A stretch of DNA of 64,000 bases from Candidatus Peregrinibacteria bacterium (GCA_026395555.1 JAPLYO010000016.1:8412-72411); one strand, 5' to 3'. Positions 49,900 through 60,498 are shown, counted from the stretch's first letter. Numbers and translations are program-made. The notes: generated by a model from the sequence alone, not told the origin.

Positions 49900-51713
49900 T
49901 CCCTACTCAACTGTAACTTCGGAGGTAGCTGCGTATCGTCAAGGACATCACTCTGATCTGTCGGGACTTTAACAACCTCAGGTGCCTTGTTCGTAGTATC
50001 AGAAGAAGTTGGTTTAATTACAGCCACAACAGGAGTTTCTCCCACTTCCTCAGATTTCGGAACAACACTCACTGGATTTTTGAGCGCAACATACTGAACC
50101 TCCAAGCTCGACCTTCGAGCGGAAACATCGGCATCGAGCGCCAACTTTTTCGATATCTTCGCAGCGACCAACACATCTACATCTTTAATGCGTTGTCGGT
50201 ATTTATTGAGTGCCTTCATATAGGCATCCTTCAAACCCTTGTCCTGAAGAACCTGTGCCTCAGCCAAAAACTGGGACGCCTGATCGAGGGCTACACTTAA
50301 TTTCTGCTCTTCCGGAGCATCAGCAAAATCTCTCTCCTCAAGGGCAACCTTCACGTCATACAGACTTGAATCAGGTTTTGCGGACAACAGTTTCGATCTC
50401 GCAGACTGGAGAACAGCCGCCGCTAATTTCTTCACGTCGTCATTTTGGATACCATCAGCCTTGCGAGCAGTTGTCTCTAACTGGTTAAACGATGTTCGCA
50501 CCTCATCGGCTTTTACATCAGCTCTTCCAAATACTTCATAAAATGACTTCTCGGCAATATTCAGCTCCAATTTGAATCGTTCGTTATCATCAAAAGCAAG
50601 AAGCAAGGAGGCGTTCTCCTGAAGAGCTCCAAGAGGCCCGGCCACTACGCCCTGATTCTGATTCTGAGCATCATCGATAAGTTGAGCGTCCTTCTTCAAA
50701 TTCACACTTACCCATTCTTTTTCCGTATCCTTCAGCTGGATCGGTTCGACACGACTCTTTGCGACACTAGAGCCCACAGCAGCATCCGCCACCAACTGAA
50801 ATCCTTTCACGACCGTCTTTGCCTCTACTACTTTTTCTTCAGGCTTCTGCGGAAGTGAGACGTTCACCGCATTCTGAAATACCTGCACCTGAGAGGTACC
50901 ATTTTCAGAAGAAACACTAAAGGTTGCTCGCTTAGAGGCAGAAGTAACGAGATCATTCGCTCTTACCTTGAAATCAGAATTTTTCACAAAATCAAACACG
51001 CTCGACCAGAGCGTACCGCGCTCCAAATCAAGTTCTACCAAGTGATCAATACCAAAGTTCTCCGAACGAAGGGACTGGAAAGCCACATCAGTATTCGCAA
51101 ACAATCGAGTAAAACTCTTATCAAAATACTTTACCTCCACGCGTCCGTCATCACCCGTGCGTAACTCATCACCTTCCTTTAACTCAAACCCTTGCTGAGC
51201 CGGTGAGGTCTGTCCATCACGAACCACCTGAACATTTCCAGAAACTTCATGCACCACCGTAAACTCCCTCGCATACGTCACCGGAACACGGAGCACATAG
51301 GCGAACAAACTCAGGGCCAAAACACCCCCTAATGAAAAACTTGCGGTGAGCTTCTTGACCAATCCTCCACTGAACCAAGGGGCAAAAGGTGAGTGGGCTG
51401 GCAAGGCATATAACTTTTCTCGAATAATCGCGCGTCGAACAGGACTTAAAACAACCTTCTGGGATGAGGTTCGTATCCAAGAAATCAATCGATCGAGTAA
51501 ATACGACTCATTTTCTACATCTGCCTCTCCAGGAATAGCATCCTGAATTCGCTCGAACATATGCGCACGAATTCGGCTTTTCGCATCACGACTCATAGGA
51601 GAAAAATGCGTAGATTGTAACGCGCGCAAGCTTTCGCCGAGCTCCAGGAGGGTCGCCTCCATCTCGATATCAAGTCCACTATCATCCGTATTGTTGTATC
51701 CAAAATTGTTCAT
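49896..51713 (-). CDS. Putative anti-sigma factor: cytoplasmic N-terminus, TM, FecR domain, helical C-terminal region
   Basis: GDELRTGDDGRVEVKYFDKSFTRL..NT...LERGTLW FecR pattern; directly downstream of the ECF sigma gene. Confidence 0.8.
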   Translation of the reverse strand: MNNFGYNNTDDSGLDIEMEATLLELGESLRALQSTHFSPMSRDAKSRIRAHMFERIQDAIPGEADVENESYLLDRLISWIRTSSQKVVLSPVRRAIIREKLYALPAHSPFAPWFSGGLVKKLTASFSLGGVLALSLFAYVLRVPVTYAREFTVVHEVSGNVQVVRDGQTSPAQQGFELKEGDELRTGDDGRVEVKYFDKSFTRLFANTDVAFQSLRSENFGIDHLVELDLERGTLWSSVFDFVKNSDFKVRANDLVTSASKRATFSVSSENGTSQVQVFQNAVNVSLPQKPEEKVVEAKTVVKGFQLVADAAVGSSVAKSRVEPIQLKDTEKEWVSVNLKKDAQLIDDAQNQNQGVVAGPLGALQENASLLLAFDDNERFKLELNIAEKSFYEVFGRADVKADEVRTSFNQLETTARKADGIQNDDVKKLAAAVLQSARSKLLSAKPDSSLYDVKVALEERDFADAPEEQKLSVALDQASQFLAEAQVLQDKGLKDAYMKALNKYRQRIKDVDVLVAAKISKKLALDADVSARRSSLEVQYVALKNPVSVVPKSEEVGETPVVAVIKPTSSDTTNKAPEVVKVPTDQSDVLDDTQLPPKLQLSRD

Positions 51714-51748
51714 AACTCAAAACTTATAACGGAGGAAAGCCAAAAACG

Positions 51749-52231
51749 TTACCAGATCTGCCCCGGAGGGGTAGATCCTGTTCCTGTACCCGATTCCATC
51801 TTTAATCCCATATCTTCCAAGGTTATCTTTAGAGCCTTCAAAGCCCGAAACTGTAATATCCTCAAAGCCCCCTCGCTCTTGTCGAGCAGCTTTGCGATCT
51901 CCTTATTGGAGAGCTCATTAATATATTTCAACACCAAAACCTGCTGATAGTCATCTTTTAACCCCTTCAGAGCTTTTTGAAGCATAGTACTCTCCAGTCC
52001 CCGCTCAGTAACGATCTTAGGATGATATTCTGCACGATACTCTTGATACTCCTCGGTGATCGCCTCGATCGTCTTGTTCGAGCGATAGTGATCCACGACC
52101 AAGTTGTGAGCGATACGGAATAACCACGAAGAAAAATTATCGACATACTGTTCGTACAAAGATGCAAAAGCGTCCTTGTCGCCCTGCTTGGTCTGTTCAA
52201 CAAGCTCCTGAATCTGAGTCTCGGTCATCAT
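51749..52231 (-). CDS. ECF sigma factor with apparent in-frame deletion in region 2
   Basis: GDKDAFASLYEQY, FSSWLFRIAHN, region 4 LSNKEIAKLLDKSEGALRILQFRALKAL. The AED-containing segment between YVD and NFSSW is missing. Confidence 0.85.
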   Translation of the reverse strand: MMTETQIQELVEQTKQGDKDAFASLYEQYVDNFSSWLFRIAHNLVVDHYRSNKTIEAITEEYQEYRAEYHPKIVTERGLESTMLQKALKGLKDDYQQVLVLKYINELSNKEIAKLLDKSEGALRILQFRALKALKITLEDMGLKMESGTGTGSTPPGQIW

Positions 52232-52276
52232 AAAAGAGGTGTAGGAATTGAAACGGAGTGGCAGACCTAGGGATTT

Positions 52277-53188
52277 TTATCCCATTATAAAGAACTCCAA
52301 CGCCTTTTCAACCTCTTTCTTGGATCCTACAAAAATAGGTGAGCGCTGATCTAAATGTTCCAGTGGCTTATCCAAAAGCGACATCGCTCCATCGCTCGCA
52401 GCACCTCCGGCCTCGATCATAAGAAAACTCATCGTTCCACACTCGTAGAGGAGTCGCAATTTTCCATTAGGTTCATCGCTGTATCCGGGATAGGTGAATA
52501 CGCCTCTTCCTTTCACGAGAATATGATTCATATCCGGAACCATGCCGCCCGAGTAACGTAACGTATACTGATTCGCGAGCCAGTAATCGACCAACGCCTT
52601 GTACTGGGGATTTTTGGCGCAAGCTCGTAAATTACCCGGAGCAAAATATCTTCCCTCATCGTCAACCTTCATTTTTTCCTTCTGTAACTCAAAACCGCCG
52701 CTTGTAAGTAAATATTGATGCGTTCCCTTGCCGGCAACCGCCACGAATAGTGTCGTGCGTGGACCATAAACCGCCACGACCGCAGCGCGCATCTCACTCG
52801 CCTTTTTTCCGATGAATGAGCCCTTCGGGTAGATCGCGATAATTGTCCCAACAGCAAAATTCACATCAACCAAAGATGAACCATCCAGTGGATCAAATGC
52901 GACAGAAAAATCACCATCTGCATGCAACTCCTGCTCATCATCCAGCTCCTCAGAGGCGATCATGTGAATACTTGGAAGCTTTTTTAACTCAGCAATAAGA
53001 AGATCATTAGAGACGACATCCAACTTGAGCTGGCTCTCTCCGAAAACATTTTGCGTGCCGGCATATCCAAGTATCTCACCCGTATGCACCACATTAGCGA
53101 TATCAAAAACACCCTGAGCGCAGCTCATAACAACGGCATGAAGCGCATCATTGACGCCCAGTATCTTCAAATGTTCATCAAGCTGCAT
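52277..53188 (-). CDS. fbp: Fructose-1,6-bisphosphatase class I
   Basis: ASEE, FDPLDGSS, LRYSGGMVPD, KLRLLYE. Confidence 0.96.
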   Translation of the reverse strand: MQLDEHLKILGVNDALHAVVMSCAQGVFDIANVVHTGEILGYAGTQNVFGESQLKLDVVSNDLLIAELKKLPSIHMIASEELDDEQELHADGDFSVAFDPLDGSSLVDVNFAVGTIIAIYPKGSFIGKKASEMRAAVVAVYGPRTTLFVAVAGKGTHQYLLTSGGFELQKEKMKVDDEGRYFAPGNLRACAKNPQYKALVDYWLANQYTLRYSGGMVPDMNHILVKGRGVFTYPGYSDEPNGKLRLLYECGTMSFLMIEAGGAASDGAMSLLDKPLEHLDQRSPIFVGSKKEVEKALEFFIMG

Positions 53189-53207
53189 AGTGGTGGTTTT
53201 TTAGAAA

Positions 53208-54253
53208 TTAATCCTGAGTGACGGTTGCGCCTGCCTCCTGTGCAACATTCTGTTCCATATCTGAAATATATTCGCCCTTTGATGCGAGACTATTCATCTT
53301 TGCACGATGTAAAAATACCTTCTGAGCAGCCGCTAAGTTCTCGGGCTTGCCCAACCACGTCTTCGTAGCGGCGTCTTGGAGCGCTCGAGCAAAAGAAAAG
53401 GTAAGCGGCCAAGGAAGATTTTTCTCCTGATTCATCGCATTTAAATTTTGAGTAGCCTCCACGTCACCCTGCCCACCTGAGAGGAACGCCTCTCCCGCAA
53501 GTTCGCTCGGAAGTATTTTTTTAAATACCCGTAGAGTAGCAGCAGCAACCTGTTCCGGAGCGGCCTTCGCATCCGAATCCTTGCCCGGCAACACCATACT
53601 CGTCTTCAAGATAACTCCTTCTAATGCCACTCCAGCACTCTTCAATTCTTCGAAAAGCGCTGTCAAAACTCTTTCACTCGCCGCCTCCGCCTGTTCAATG
53701 GTGTGGTCCCCATCGAGAAGAACCTCGGGCTCAACCATAGGAACCAAGCCGTTCTGCTGACATGTAAGTGCATAAGCAGCCAAATCTTTCGCATTCTGAC
53801 GAATATTCTCTTCCGTAGGCGTTCCCTCTCCGATCGTAATGACCGACCTCCATTTGCAGAATTTCGCGCCCAAAGCGACATACTCCTTCAAGCGAGCATC
53901 AAGCCCCTCCAATCCCGTAGTCAATTTTTCAGCTCCTGACTCAACCAAGCCAAGATCAACTTTGATTCCCGGCAATATTCCGGCAGCCTGCAGCACCTCT
54001 ACAAACGTTTTTCCGGTTGATGTCGTCTGACGGATCGTCTCATCATGCAAAATAACACCGCTAATATACTCACTCTCTCCGGGAACCGTGAGAAGCATCT
54101 CGCGGAACGCCCGTCGATTATCTTCCGTTCAATAGAAGCAAAACGCTTTCCTACCGTTTTCATACTTTCATCCGCCGCTAAAATACCCTTTCCGGAAGCC
54201 ACCATCCGCTTCGCAATCTTAGCAAGTTCCGCAACTATCAATGAGTCGATCAT
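53208..54253 (-). pseudogene. Class I fructose-bisphosphate aldolase, frameshifted near 54129 (real lesion or assembly error)
   Basis: 5' frame GKGILAADES...KRFASI; a second frame resumes TEDNRRAFREMLL...GIKVD, KWRSV, VEPEVL, LKTSMV, FLSGGQ, FSFARALQ. Confidence 0.88.
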
Positions 54254-54317
54254 AAAGCTGAATAATTAACATTTACATTGGCATCAGCTTATCGGATAGG
54301 AGAAGAAAGTCAACGAA

Positions 54318-54346
54318 TTGACAATATATACATATAATTGTATAAT
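54318..54346 (+). promoter_or_regulatory. Perfect-consensus sigma70 promoter
   Basis: TTGACA 54318-54323, 17 bp, TATAAT 54341-54346. Confidence 0.85.
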
Positions 54347-54371
54347 GTAAACAATTATTAAACCACAAACA

Positions 54372-55262
54372 ATGAATAAGAATAACGCACCTCAGGATCA
54401 CGAAAACAAAACCAATACGAGTAAACCAATGACTCGGAGAAATTTCCTGGGAGGAGCGGCAGCGCTGACGGCAGGATTAATTACTGCTGCATGCGGAAAA
54501 AATGTACAGGGAGTGCTCAATGCAGAAGAAACACATGAGGTACAAGACGGAACAATCAACCCGGAAAAATTAGACGCACTGACCAAAAAAATCGTTCCAC
54601 CATTCACGCCAATACTGGAAGAGCTAGAGATTACATCAGATGGAAAATTAACTCCTCAGTCGGAACAGACCCTCAAGGAAAAATTGGCAAGACATTTTGG
54701 CATAGATATCAATGAATTAACACGTAAAGAGGTTACTCCTGAAAAGGCCATGCCCCATACATCATATGATACCGAGAGCGGTAGCACTACACGCACCTCA
54801 AGGACATATGAAGGCTTTGAATACCACTACAAAGGGCTTACCGTGTTTTCTATGGAGCTAACACGCACGACGATAGAGAAAAACGGTAAAGTAATTACCG
54901 ATGCCTACAAAAGCTATACCTCAAATACAACGGGGGAAAAACCTGAATCAATTGCTGTAAGTTATTTTGGGGATAGTTATGGTGATAATGTAGTCCAAAT
55001 ATCACATAGAGTTGGAGACAAAAAAGGTAATAACAGTTGGCTACAGACAATGATTAAGGGCACACCGAAAAAGAAACAATGCGAAGCGGTAACAAAATAT
55101 AGAGCGGAATTCCTTGGAAATTCAAAAATAGTAATTGATAATGAATCAGGTCAAGTCTATGCCGGATCAGACGGTGGCGAAAATTACTATCGTGATGAAG
55201 TCTCCCGAAAGAGAACAGACACAGACCTAAAGGCGGAGAAAGCTCTATTGGGTGAGTACTAA
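54372..55262 (+). CDS. Hypothetical lipoprotein with twin-arginine-like leader
   Basis: TRRNFLGGAAALTAGLITAAC; beta-rich C-terminal region. Confidence 0.8.
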   Translation: MNKNNAPQDHENKTNTSKPMTRRNFLGGAAALTAGLITAACGKNVQGVLNAEETHEVQDGTINPEKLDALTKKIVPPFTPILEELEITSDGKLTPQSEQTLKEKLARHFGIDINELTRKEVTPEKAMPHTSYDTESGSTTRTSRTYEGFEYHYKGLTVFSMELTRTTIEKNGKVITDAYKSYTSNTTGEKPESIAVSYFGDSYGDNVVQISHRVGDKKGNNSWLQTMIKGTPKKKQCEAVTKYRAEFLGNSKIVIDNESGQVYAGSDGGENYYRDEVSRKRTDTDLKAEKALLGEY

Positions 55263-55309
55263 ATCGCTAAACACAATCGAGAAAAGAGTTCGGATGACAG
55301 AGAATCAAC

Positions 55310-55837
55310 TTACTTCATTGCTACCTCAGCATTGGCATGCAAATACGTGATTTTCGTAGCTGGATGCATATAGCGAATCACATCGTTTGTAACTACAGCT
55401 TGAAGCGACTGAGCGCTAGCGATGGACATCGTGACCTTTTCGTTTTCGATGACGAGAGCCTGACGTTTCGCCTGTAAATCACGGAGAACGTATCCTTGCG
55501 TCACGCCACTCGTAGAAAACATAAGAGTCATCACGGTACTAAATCCAACCACGAGAACGAGCGTTACGAGGAAGTAGACCGGCTTGATATTAAGTTCGGC
55601 ACCAACAGTTCGAACATCATGAGACATGCTCTCCTGAATATTCTTAAATGGATTAACAAAAAGAGACGAGAACGACGGAAAGGCGAGAAGCGCTGCGCCG
55701 ACACCTCCCGCTAAGGATGGAGTGCGTGAGTGAGCCATCTCCTGATCACGACCAACACTACACTGGATAACCGGTGTGAAGTTGCGTGACGAGCTGCGTC
55801 GTCGATGATGGGAAGAGTGTGAGGAAAGTCCGAACAT
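55310..55837 (-). CDS. FtsL-like cell division protein
   Basis: Directly after rsmH; single TM segment then coiled coil GYVLRDLQAKRQALVIENEKV. Start uncertain (alternative at 55738). Confidence 0.7.
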   Translation of the reverse strand: MFGLSSHSSHHRRRSSSRNFTPVIQCSVGRDQEMAHSRTPSLAGGVGAALLAFPSFSSLFVNPFKNIQESMSHDVRTVGAELNIKPVYFLVTLVLVVGFSTVMTLMFSTSGVTQGYVLRDLQAKRQALVIENEKVTMSIASAQSLQAVVTNDVIRYMHPATKITYLHANAEVAMK

Positions 55838-55891
55838 AGTGAGGTATGAGAGGAATTAAGTGAGGGGGGAGAGATCGGTACAAAGCATGAA

Positions 55892-56857
55892 TTATATTTT
55901 TTCAGCAACTCGCATTTTGGCGCTCCTGCTGCGAGGATTTTCATGAGTCTCTTCATCAGTTGGCAACACAGGGCTCTTCGTCAGAATCTCTAGAACCGGT
56001 TTTGTGCTGCACTCGCAGCGCATAACTTCCGGGGGACAGATGCAATTGACAGTTTGAGATCTCAGAAAATGTTTCACGATGCGATCCTCGAGGGAGTGAT
56101 AGCTGATAGCTACCAATCTTCCGCGGGGAGCGAGCAGGCTGACGGCCTGCGGTAAAACTTTTTCTAAAACATCAAGTTCATGATTGACGGCGATACGGAG
56201 CGCCTGGAACGTCTTTGTCGCTGGATGTGATTTGCCGTGCCGGAGTTGTGGAGGATAGGCGTGGAAGACTAAATCTTCGAGCTGCTTGGTAGTAGTGATT
56301 CTCTCCTTGAGACGATGCTCCACAATCATGTGGGCAATCTTTCGGGAAAGTCTCTCTTCTCCAAACTCAAAGATAATATCCGCCAAATCTTTTTCACTAT
56401 AGGTGTTGACGATGTCTGCAGCCGTGAGAGCGGATAACTCCCGACTCATTCGCATATCGAGTGGACCTTCTTGTTGAAAAGAAAAACCTCTTTCTGCGCG
56501 AGTAAGATGTGGTAATGCGAGTCCTAGGTCGAACAAAATTCCATTCACTGATGCAACCTTTAACTCTGCCATCTTTTCAGCCATATCAACAAAATTCGCG
56601 TGAATCAGGGTGACGGATTTGAGTCCATCCTTCCCAAACTTCTCCAGAATTCGCTGCTTGGCTATCTCGAGGTGCTCCAGATCCTGATCAAAACTATACA
56701 CATGGCCTTTTGGACCAACAGTCTCAATCATATCCATCGTATGACCACCAAGTCCGAGCGTACCATCAATGGCACGATCACCTTTTTGTAAATTCATAAA
56801 TGCTTTTACCGATTGTCGAAGGACGGGCACATGTACGAATTCTGGGGAGTCACTCAT
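55892..56857 (-). CDS. rsmH: 16S rRNA m4C1402 methyltransferase
   Basis: HVPVL, DGTLGLGGH, GPLDMRM, FQALRIAVN, SYHSLEDRIVK, NPRSRSAKMR. Confidence 0.98.
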   Translation of the reverse strand: MSDSPEFVHVPVLRQSVKAFMNLQKGDRAIDGTLGLGGHTMDMIETVGPKGHVYSFDQDLEHLEIAKQRILEKFGKDGLKSVTLIHANFVDMAEKMAELKVASVNGILFDLGLALPHLTRAERGFSFQQEGPLDMRMSRELSALTAADIVNTYSEKDLADIIFEFGEERLSRKIAHMIVEHRLKERITTTKQLEDLVFHAYPPQLRHGKSHPATKTFQALRIAVNHELDVLEKVLPQAVSLLAPRGRLVAISYHSLEDRIVKHFLRSQTVNCICPPEVMRCECSTKPVLEILTKSPVLPTDEETHENPRSRSAKMRVAEKI

Positions 56858-56873
56858 ATTGATTCAAATCAAC

Positions 56874-57081
56874 TGTTCAAAACTTGTATGCAACGGCGTA
56901 TAACTTTTTTACTCTTAAGTGACGTAACTATAGTCATCCAAAGCCGGAGAGTCAATTTATTTACATAAAAACAGTACACAAAAACTATACACCTACCATA
57001 CAACAGGCGAGTTATGCTCAAGCCATAAGCAAAAGAACATCATTTCAAATAATGATGCACAACTTTTTAGTTATTGCATAA
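56874..57081. promoter_or_regulatory. rsmH promoter with a cluster of degenerate DnaA-box-like 9-mers
   Basis: Minus strand TTGACT 56955-56950, 17 bp, TATAGT 56932-56927. 8/9 matches to TTWTNCACA at 56874-56882(-), 57012-57020(+) and 57053-57061(+), plus several 7/9 matches. Confidence 0.45.
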
Positions 57082-57121
57082 CAAATGTATACAGTGAAAC
57101 AAAGCTCGACCAAAGCAAGAG

Positions 57122-57703
57122 TTATAACGCAATTGGACCTTTTCGTAATATCTTCATCTCATCCCCAATCACCTCCACAATCGTCGAAGGATCAACTTCT
57201 GCAATATGACCCATATCAATAATAGCGTCCGGGATACCATTACCACCCGTCTCATCAGCGTCACGTCCAATCAAAAATGTCTCAACATCATACGCTTGCG
57301 GCTCCCCTGTTCGATTCGCACTCGTCGTAATCAACGGTCCACCGAACTCACGTAACAAATCTTGCGTAATCTCATGATCAGGACAACGAATTCCCACGGT
57401 GCTTACTCCCCTATTAAGGAAAGTCGGTAGAAGTTCCGTGCGCGGAACAACGATAGTTAGAGGTCCGGGCCAGTACTCCCGTGCCAGCTCGAGCGCCTTT
57501 TCACTAAAATTTCCATACTTCATCGCCTCCTCCAAACTCGACACCATAATAGATACCGGCTTGGACTCCGTCATATCTTTCAATGAATAAACTTTCTTAA
57601 CCGCCTGTTCAGAAAAAACATCAGCCGTCAGCCCATAACAGGTCTCCGTAGGATGCAGAACCACACCTCCTTTGCGCAAAGCTGAAATAGCGGTAGATAT
57701 CAT
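57122..57703 (-). CDS. tsaC: Threonylcarbamoyl-AMP synthase (Sua5/YrdC)
   Basis: PTETCYGL, WPGPLT, GIRCP, TTSAN, PSTIV. Confidence 0.95.
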   Translation of the reverse strand: MISTAISALRKGGVVLHPTETCYGLTADVFSEQAVKKVYSLKDMTESKPVSIMVSSLEEAMKYGNFSEKALELAREYWPGPLTIVVPRTELLPTFLNRGVSTVGIRCPDHEITQDLLREFGGPLITTSANRTGEPQAYDVETFLIGRDADETGGNGIPDAIIDMGHIAEVDPSTIVEVIGDEMKILRKGPIAL

Positions 57704-57772
57704 ATTTTGAGATTATATAACTGTACAGTATCGATCTTTCGTTCTATAATAAACGTCCTATAAAAAGTATAT

Positions 57773-58094
57773 ATGACAAACGAACTTACGCCAACTGGAG
57801 CAGAGCAACCGGAAATGTCGATTGAGACCATGCGAGTATTACTAAAAACCTCCTCATACTCAACACCCGGACATAAAGAAGCGGAAGAGGGATTAGAGTT
57901 GTGTGCTAAGAAATACGTTAGTTGAAAAACGAACAAGCGTAGAACACCTCATAAAGAGAGGTGTTGCCGAACAGGCAGAACTAGATGTAATGAATATGGT
58001 AATAGGACTGCTCCATGACCGAACAACGAGAACAAGAGTTATGAATCCACAAATCACGACACTGCAAATGGTAAGGAATACATTGGAACAGTAA
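57773..58094 (+). pseudogene. Possible small gene split by a frameshift near 57900
   Basis: ATG 57773 gives MTNELTPTGAEQPEMSIETMRVLLK...CAKKYVS*; an overlapping frame continues LRNTLVEKR...NTLEQ* to 58094. TATAAT upstream. Confidence 0.4.
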
Positions 58095-58203
58095 TAGTCA
58101 TAATACCGTTAGCCTAGATTGACTCTATCTTGGAATGATTTAAACTAGGGACGTTTTAAGCAAGCCCTCTTATTTCATATTTATTTTATTACCAATCAAT
58201 ACC

Positions 58204-59211
58204 ATGGCAAAATTACGTACTACCATTAATGGATTTGGAAGAATTGGTAGACTTCTATTCCGCGTGAATTTATTGAAAGATCTCGTAGATATCGTTGCCA
58301 TCAACGATCCGAACCCGCCATCATCACTCGCCTATTTATTGAAATATGATACGACACACGGGAAGTTAGATATGGATATCACCTCAACAGATAAGTCGAT
58401 TATCGTAAATGGAGTAGAGATTCCATGCTATGCAGAAAAAGATCCGACCAAGCTTCCATGGGCCGCACTTCAGGTCGATATGGTCTTCGAAGCAACAGGA
58501 GTATTCACGACAAAAGAGGGTGCATCAGGACACATCACCGCCGGCGCAAAACGCGTCATGATTACCGCACCGGGAAAAGGCGTAGATGGAACATTCGTCT
58601 ATGGAATTGATCACACGACATTTGATCCAGCCAAGCATATCGTCTTCTCCAATGCATCATGCACCACCAACTGTCTCGCTCCTCTTGCAAAAGTATTAAA
58701 TGACAATTTTGGCATCGTAAAGGGATTAATGACAACAGTACACGCCTATACGAACGACCAGAGAACACTCGATCTCGCACACAAAGACCCACGACGAGGA
58801 CGCGCAGCAGCCGCTAATATTATTCCGACATCTACAGGCGCAGCATTGGCTATCGGAGAGGTACTCCCGGAATTAAAAGGAAAGCTGGACGGTCTCTCCC
58901 TCCGAGTTCCCGTTATCGACGCATCAATCGTAGATCTCGTATGCGAAGTATCAAAACCTACAACCGTTGAAGAAATTAACGCTGCCTACAAAACCGCATC
59001 AGAAGGCGCTTTTGCAGGCTTGATCGAATACTGCACCGATCCGATTGTTTCATCGGATATCATCCACAACCAAGCATCATGTGTATTCGATGTCGCACTC
59101 ACTACGGTCATCAGTGGAAACATGGTGAAGGTTATGGGCTGGTACGACAATGAGTGGGGCTACTCCAACCGCCTTCTCGATCTCGCCGGATATATTGGTA
59201 CGCGAGTGTAA
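58204..59211 (+). CDS. gap: Glyceraldehyde-3-phosphate dehydrogenase type I
   Basis: INGFGRIGR, SNASCTTNCLAP, WYDNEWGYS. Confidence 0.99.
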   Translation: MAKLRTTINGFGRIGRLLFRVNLLKDLVDIVAINDPNPPSSLAYLLKYDTTHGKLDMDITSTDKSIIVNGVEIPCYAEKDPTKLPWAALQVDMVFEATGVFTTKEGASGHITAGAKRVMITAPGKGVDGTFVYGIDHTTFDPAKHIVFSNASCTTNCLAPLAKVLNDNFGIVKGLMTTVHAYTNDQRTLDLAHKDPRRGRAAAANIIPTSTGAALAIGEVLPELKGKLDGLSLRVPVIDASIVDLVCEVSKPTTVEEINAAYKTASEGAFAGLIEYCTDPIVSSDIIHNQASCVFDVALTTVISGNMVKVMGWYDNEWGYSNRLLDLAGYIGTRV

Positions 59212-59217
59212 TAACAC

Positions 59218-59243
59218 GAGCGTCGTCTTCGCTCCCGTTTTTT
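59218..59243 (+). terminator. Weak intrinsic terminator after gap
   Basis: GAGCG-tcgtctt-CGCTC followed by ccgTTTTTT. Confidence 0.45.
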
Positions 59244-59254
59244 CTTAAAACATT

Positions 59255-60493
59255 ATGAACTTCCCCTCACACAAAATCAGTACGCACCACAAGCACGACA
59301 AGGGCCGAATTTTCGCCTGGATGGCGCTGATTTCTAGTACGGGATATGCAAGTTTTTTGACGATGCTGCCTATTATTCTTTCGGAAAAATTACAGAGCGA
59401 CGTGTATGTCGGTTACTACTTTTCCGCGTTCGCCGTCGTATCGCTCGCGGTGTCGCTATTAAGTGGAAAAATCTTAAAACGATTTTCAAAAGTCACACTC
59501 ACGAAATTCATCGTCGCTATTTTGGCGATGATCTTTTTCTCTCTCACCTTTACGAAGTCCATTTGGAATTTCGCCGCACTGGATATTACGCGCGTCATCT
59601 TCATCTCCCTCTTCTTCATCATTCTCGCCATCTTCGTACGAGACTTTGCTACCGAAGAGGAGATAGCACTCGCGGAAGGACGGTTTTATCTCTTCAGCAA
59701 CATCGGCTGGGTGATCGGTCCGCTCGTCGGTGGCTTCATGGCAAAAGCATACGGCCCGGAGTCGGCTTTTATCTTCACGGCTCTTTGCTACACTTTTCTT
59801 CTCGGTCTCTTTCTTCAACAGCACATTATCGCGAAGCATCCCGCCATTAGTAAAAAATCGGAGGATATAGGACTTGCAACACCATCTGCATCGCTTCCTG
59901 AACCAGAAAAAACAACAGGATCCCTCATAGAAAACATCAAGTCATACATAGAGAATCGAAATCTCCTGATCGCCTCTCTCATTTCTTTCGGCATGTACTT
60001 TTGGTGGTCAACAAGCTCTATCTACATACCGATCGCTCTCAAAAATCTCGGGTTCGCACCGGATATTATCGGACTTGTCCTCTCGCTCAATATCATCCCG
60101 CTCATCCTCCTCGAGTTTCACTCCTCCGATGGCGCACAGAAATACGGCTCCAGAACCTATCTCGTTATGGGCTTCTCTATCCTCAGTCTCTGTCTTCTAC
60201 TCTTTACCGTGGCATCCGTTCCAATGCTCATCAAGCTCATGATTATGATTAATGTCGGATCGGCATTCATAGAACCAATCAAAGAAATTTACTTTTTCAA
60301 GGTCGCACCCCCAAGAGACGTAGAACGATTTTACGGAATATACAGCGCTTCCTATCCTATCGCCTATATCGCCGCACCACTTTTCGGTTCACTTCTCCTT
60401 TCCAGCTTTGGAATCAACGGAATTTGGCTGGGAGCCGCAGTTGTGTTTATACTGATCGCGTTGACAGCTCTTACGATCGATAAGAAATATTAA
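59255..60493 (+). CDS. MFS transporter
   Basis: About 12 TM segments in two halves with a central hydrophilic loop; [10 protein letters not shown] motif. Confidence 0.9.
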   Translation: MNFPSHKISTHHKHDKGRIFAWMALISSTGYASFLTMLPIILSEKLQSDVYVGYYFSAFAVVSLAVSLLSGKILKRFSKVTLTKFIVAILAMIFFSLTFTKSIWNFAALDITRVIFISLFFIILAIFVRDFATEEEIALAEGRFYLFSNIGWVIGPLVGGFMAKAYGPESAFIFTALCYTFLLGLFLQQHIIAKHPAISKKSEDIGLATPSASLPEPEKTTGSLIENIKSYIENRNLLIASLISFGMYFWWSTSSIYIPIALKNLGFAPDIIGLVLSLNIIPLILLEFHSSDGAQKYGSRTYLVMGFSILSLCLLLFTVASVPMLIKLMIMINVGSAFIEPIKEIYFFKVAPPRDVERFYGIYSASYPIAYIAAPLFGSLLLSSFGINGIWLGAAVVFILIALTALTIDKKY

Positions 60494-60498
60494 TATAT

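Noticed and set aside
51755-51777. GATCTGCCC/GGGTAGATC hairpin at the end of the sigma gene
   Set aside because: Single copy inside coding sequence, no U-tract and no transposase; cannot be called a REP, IS end or terminator.
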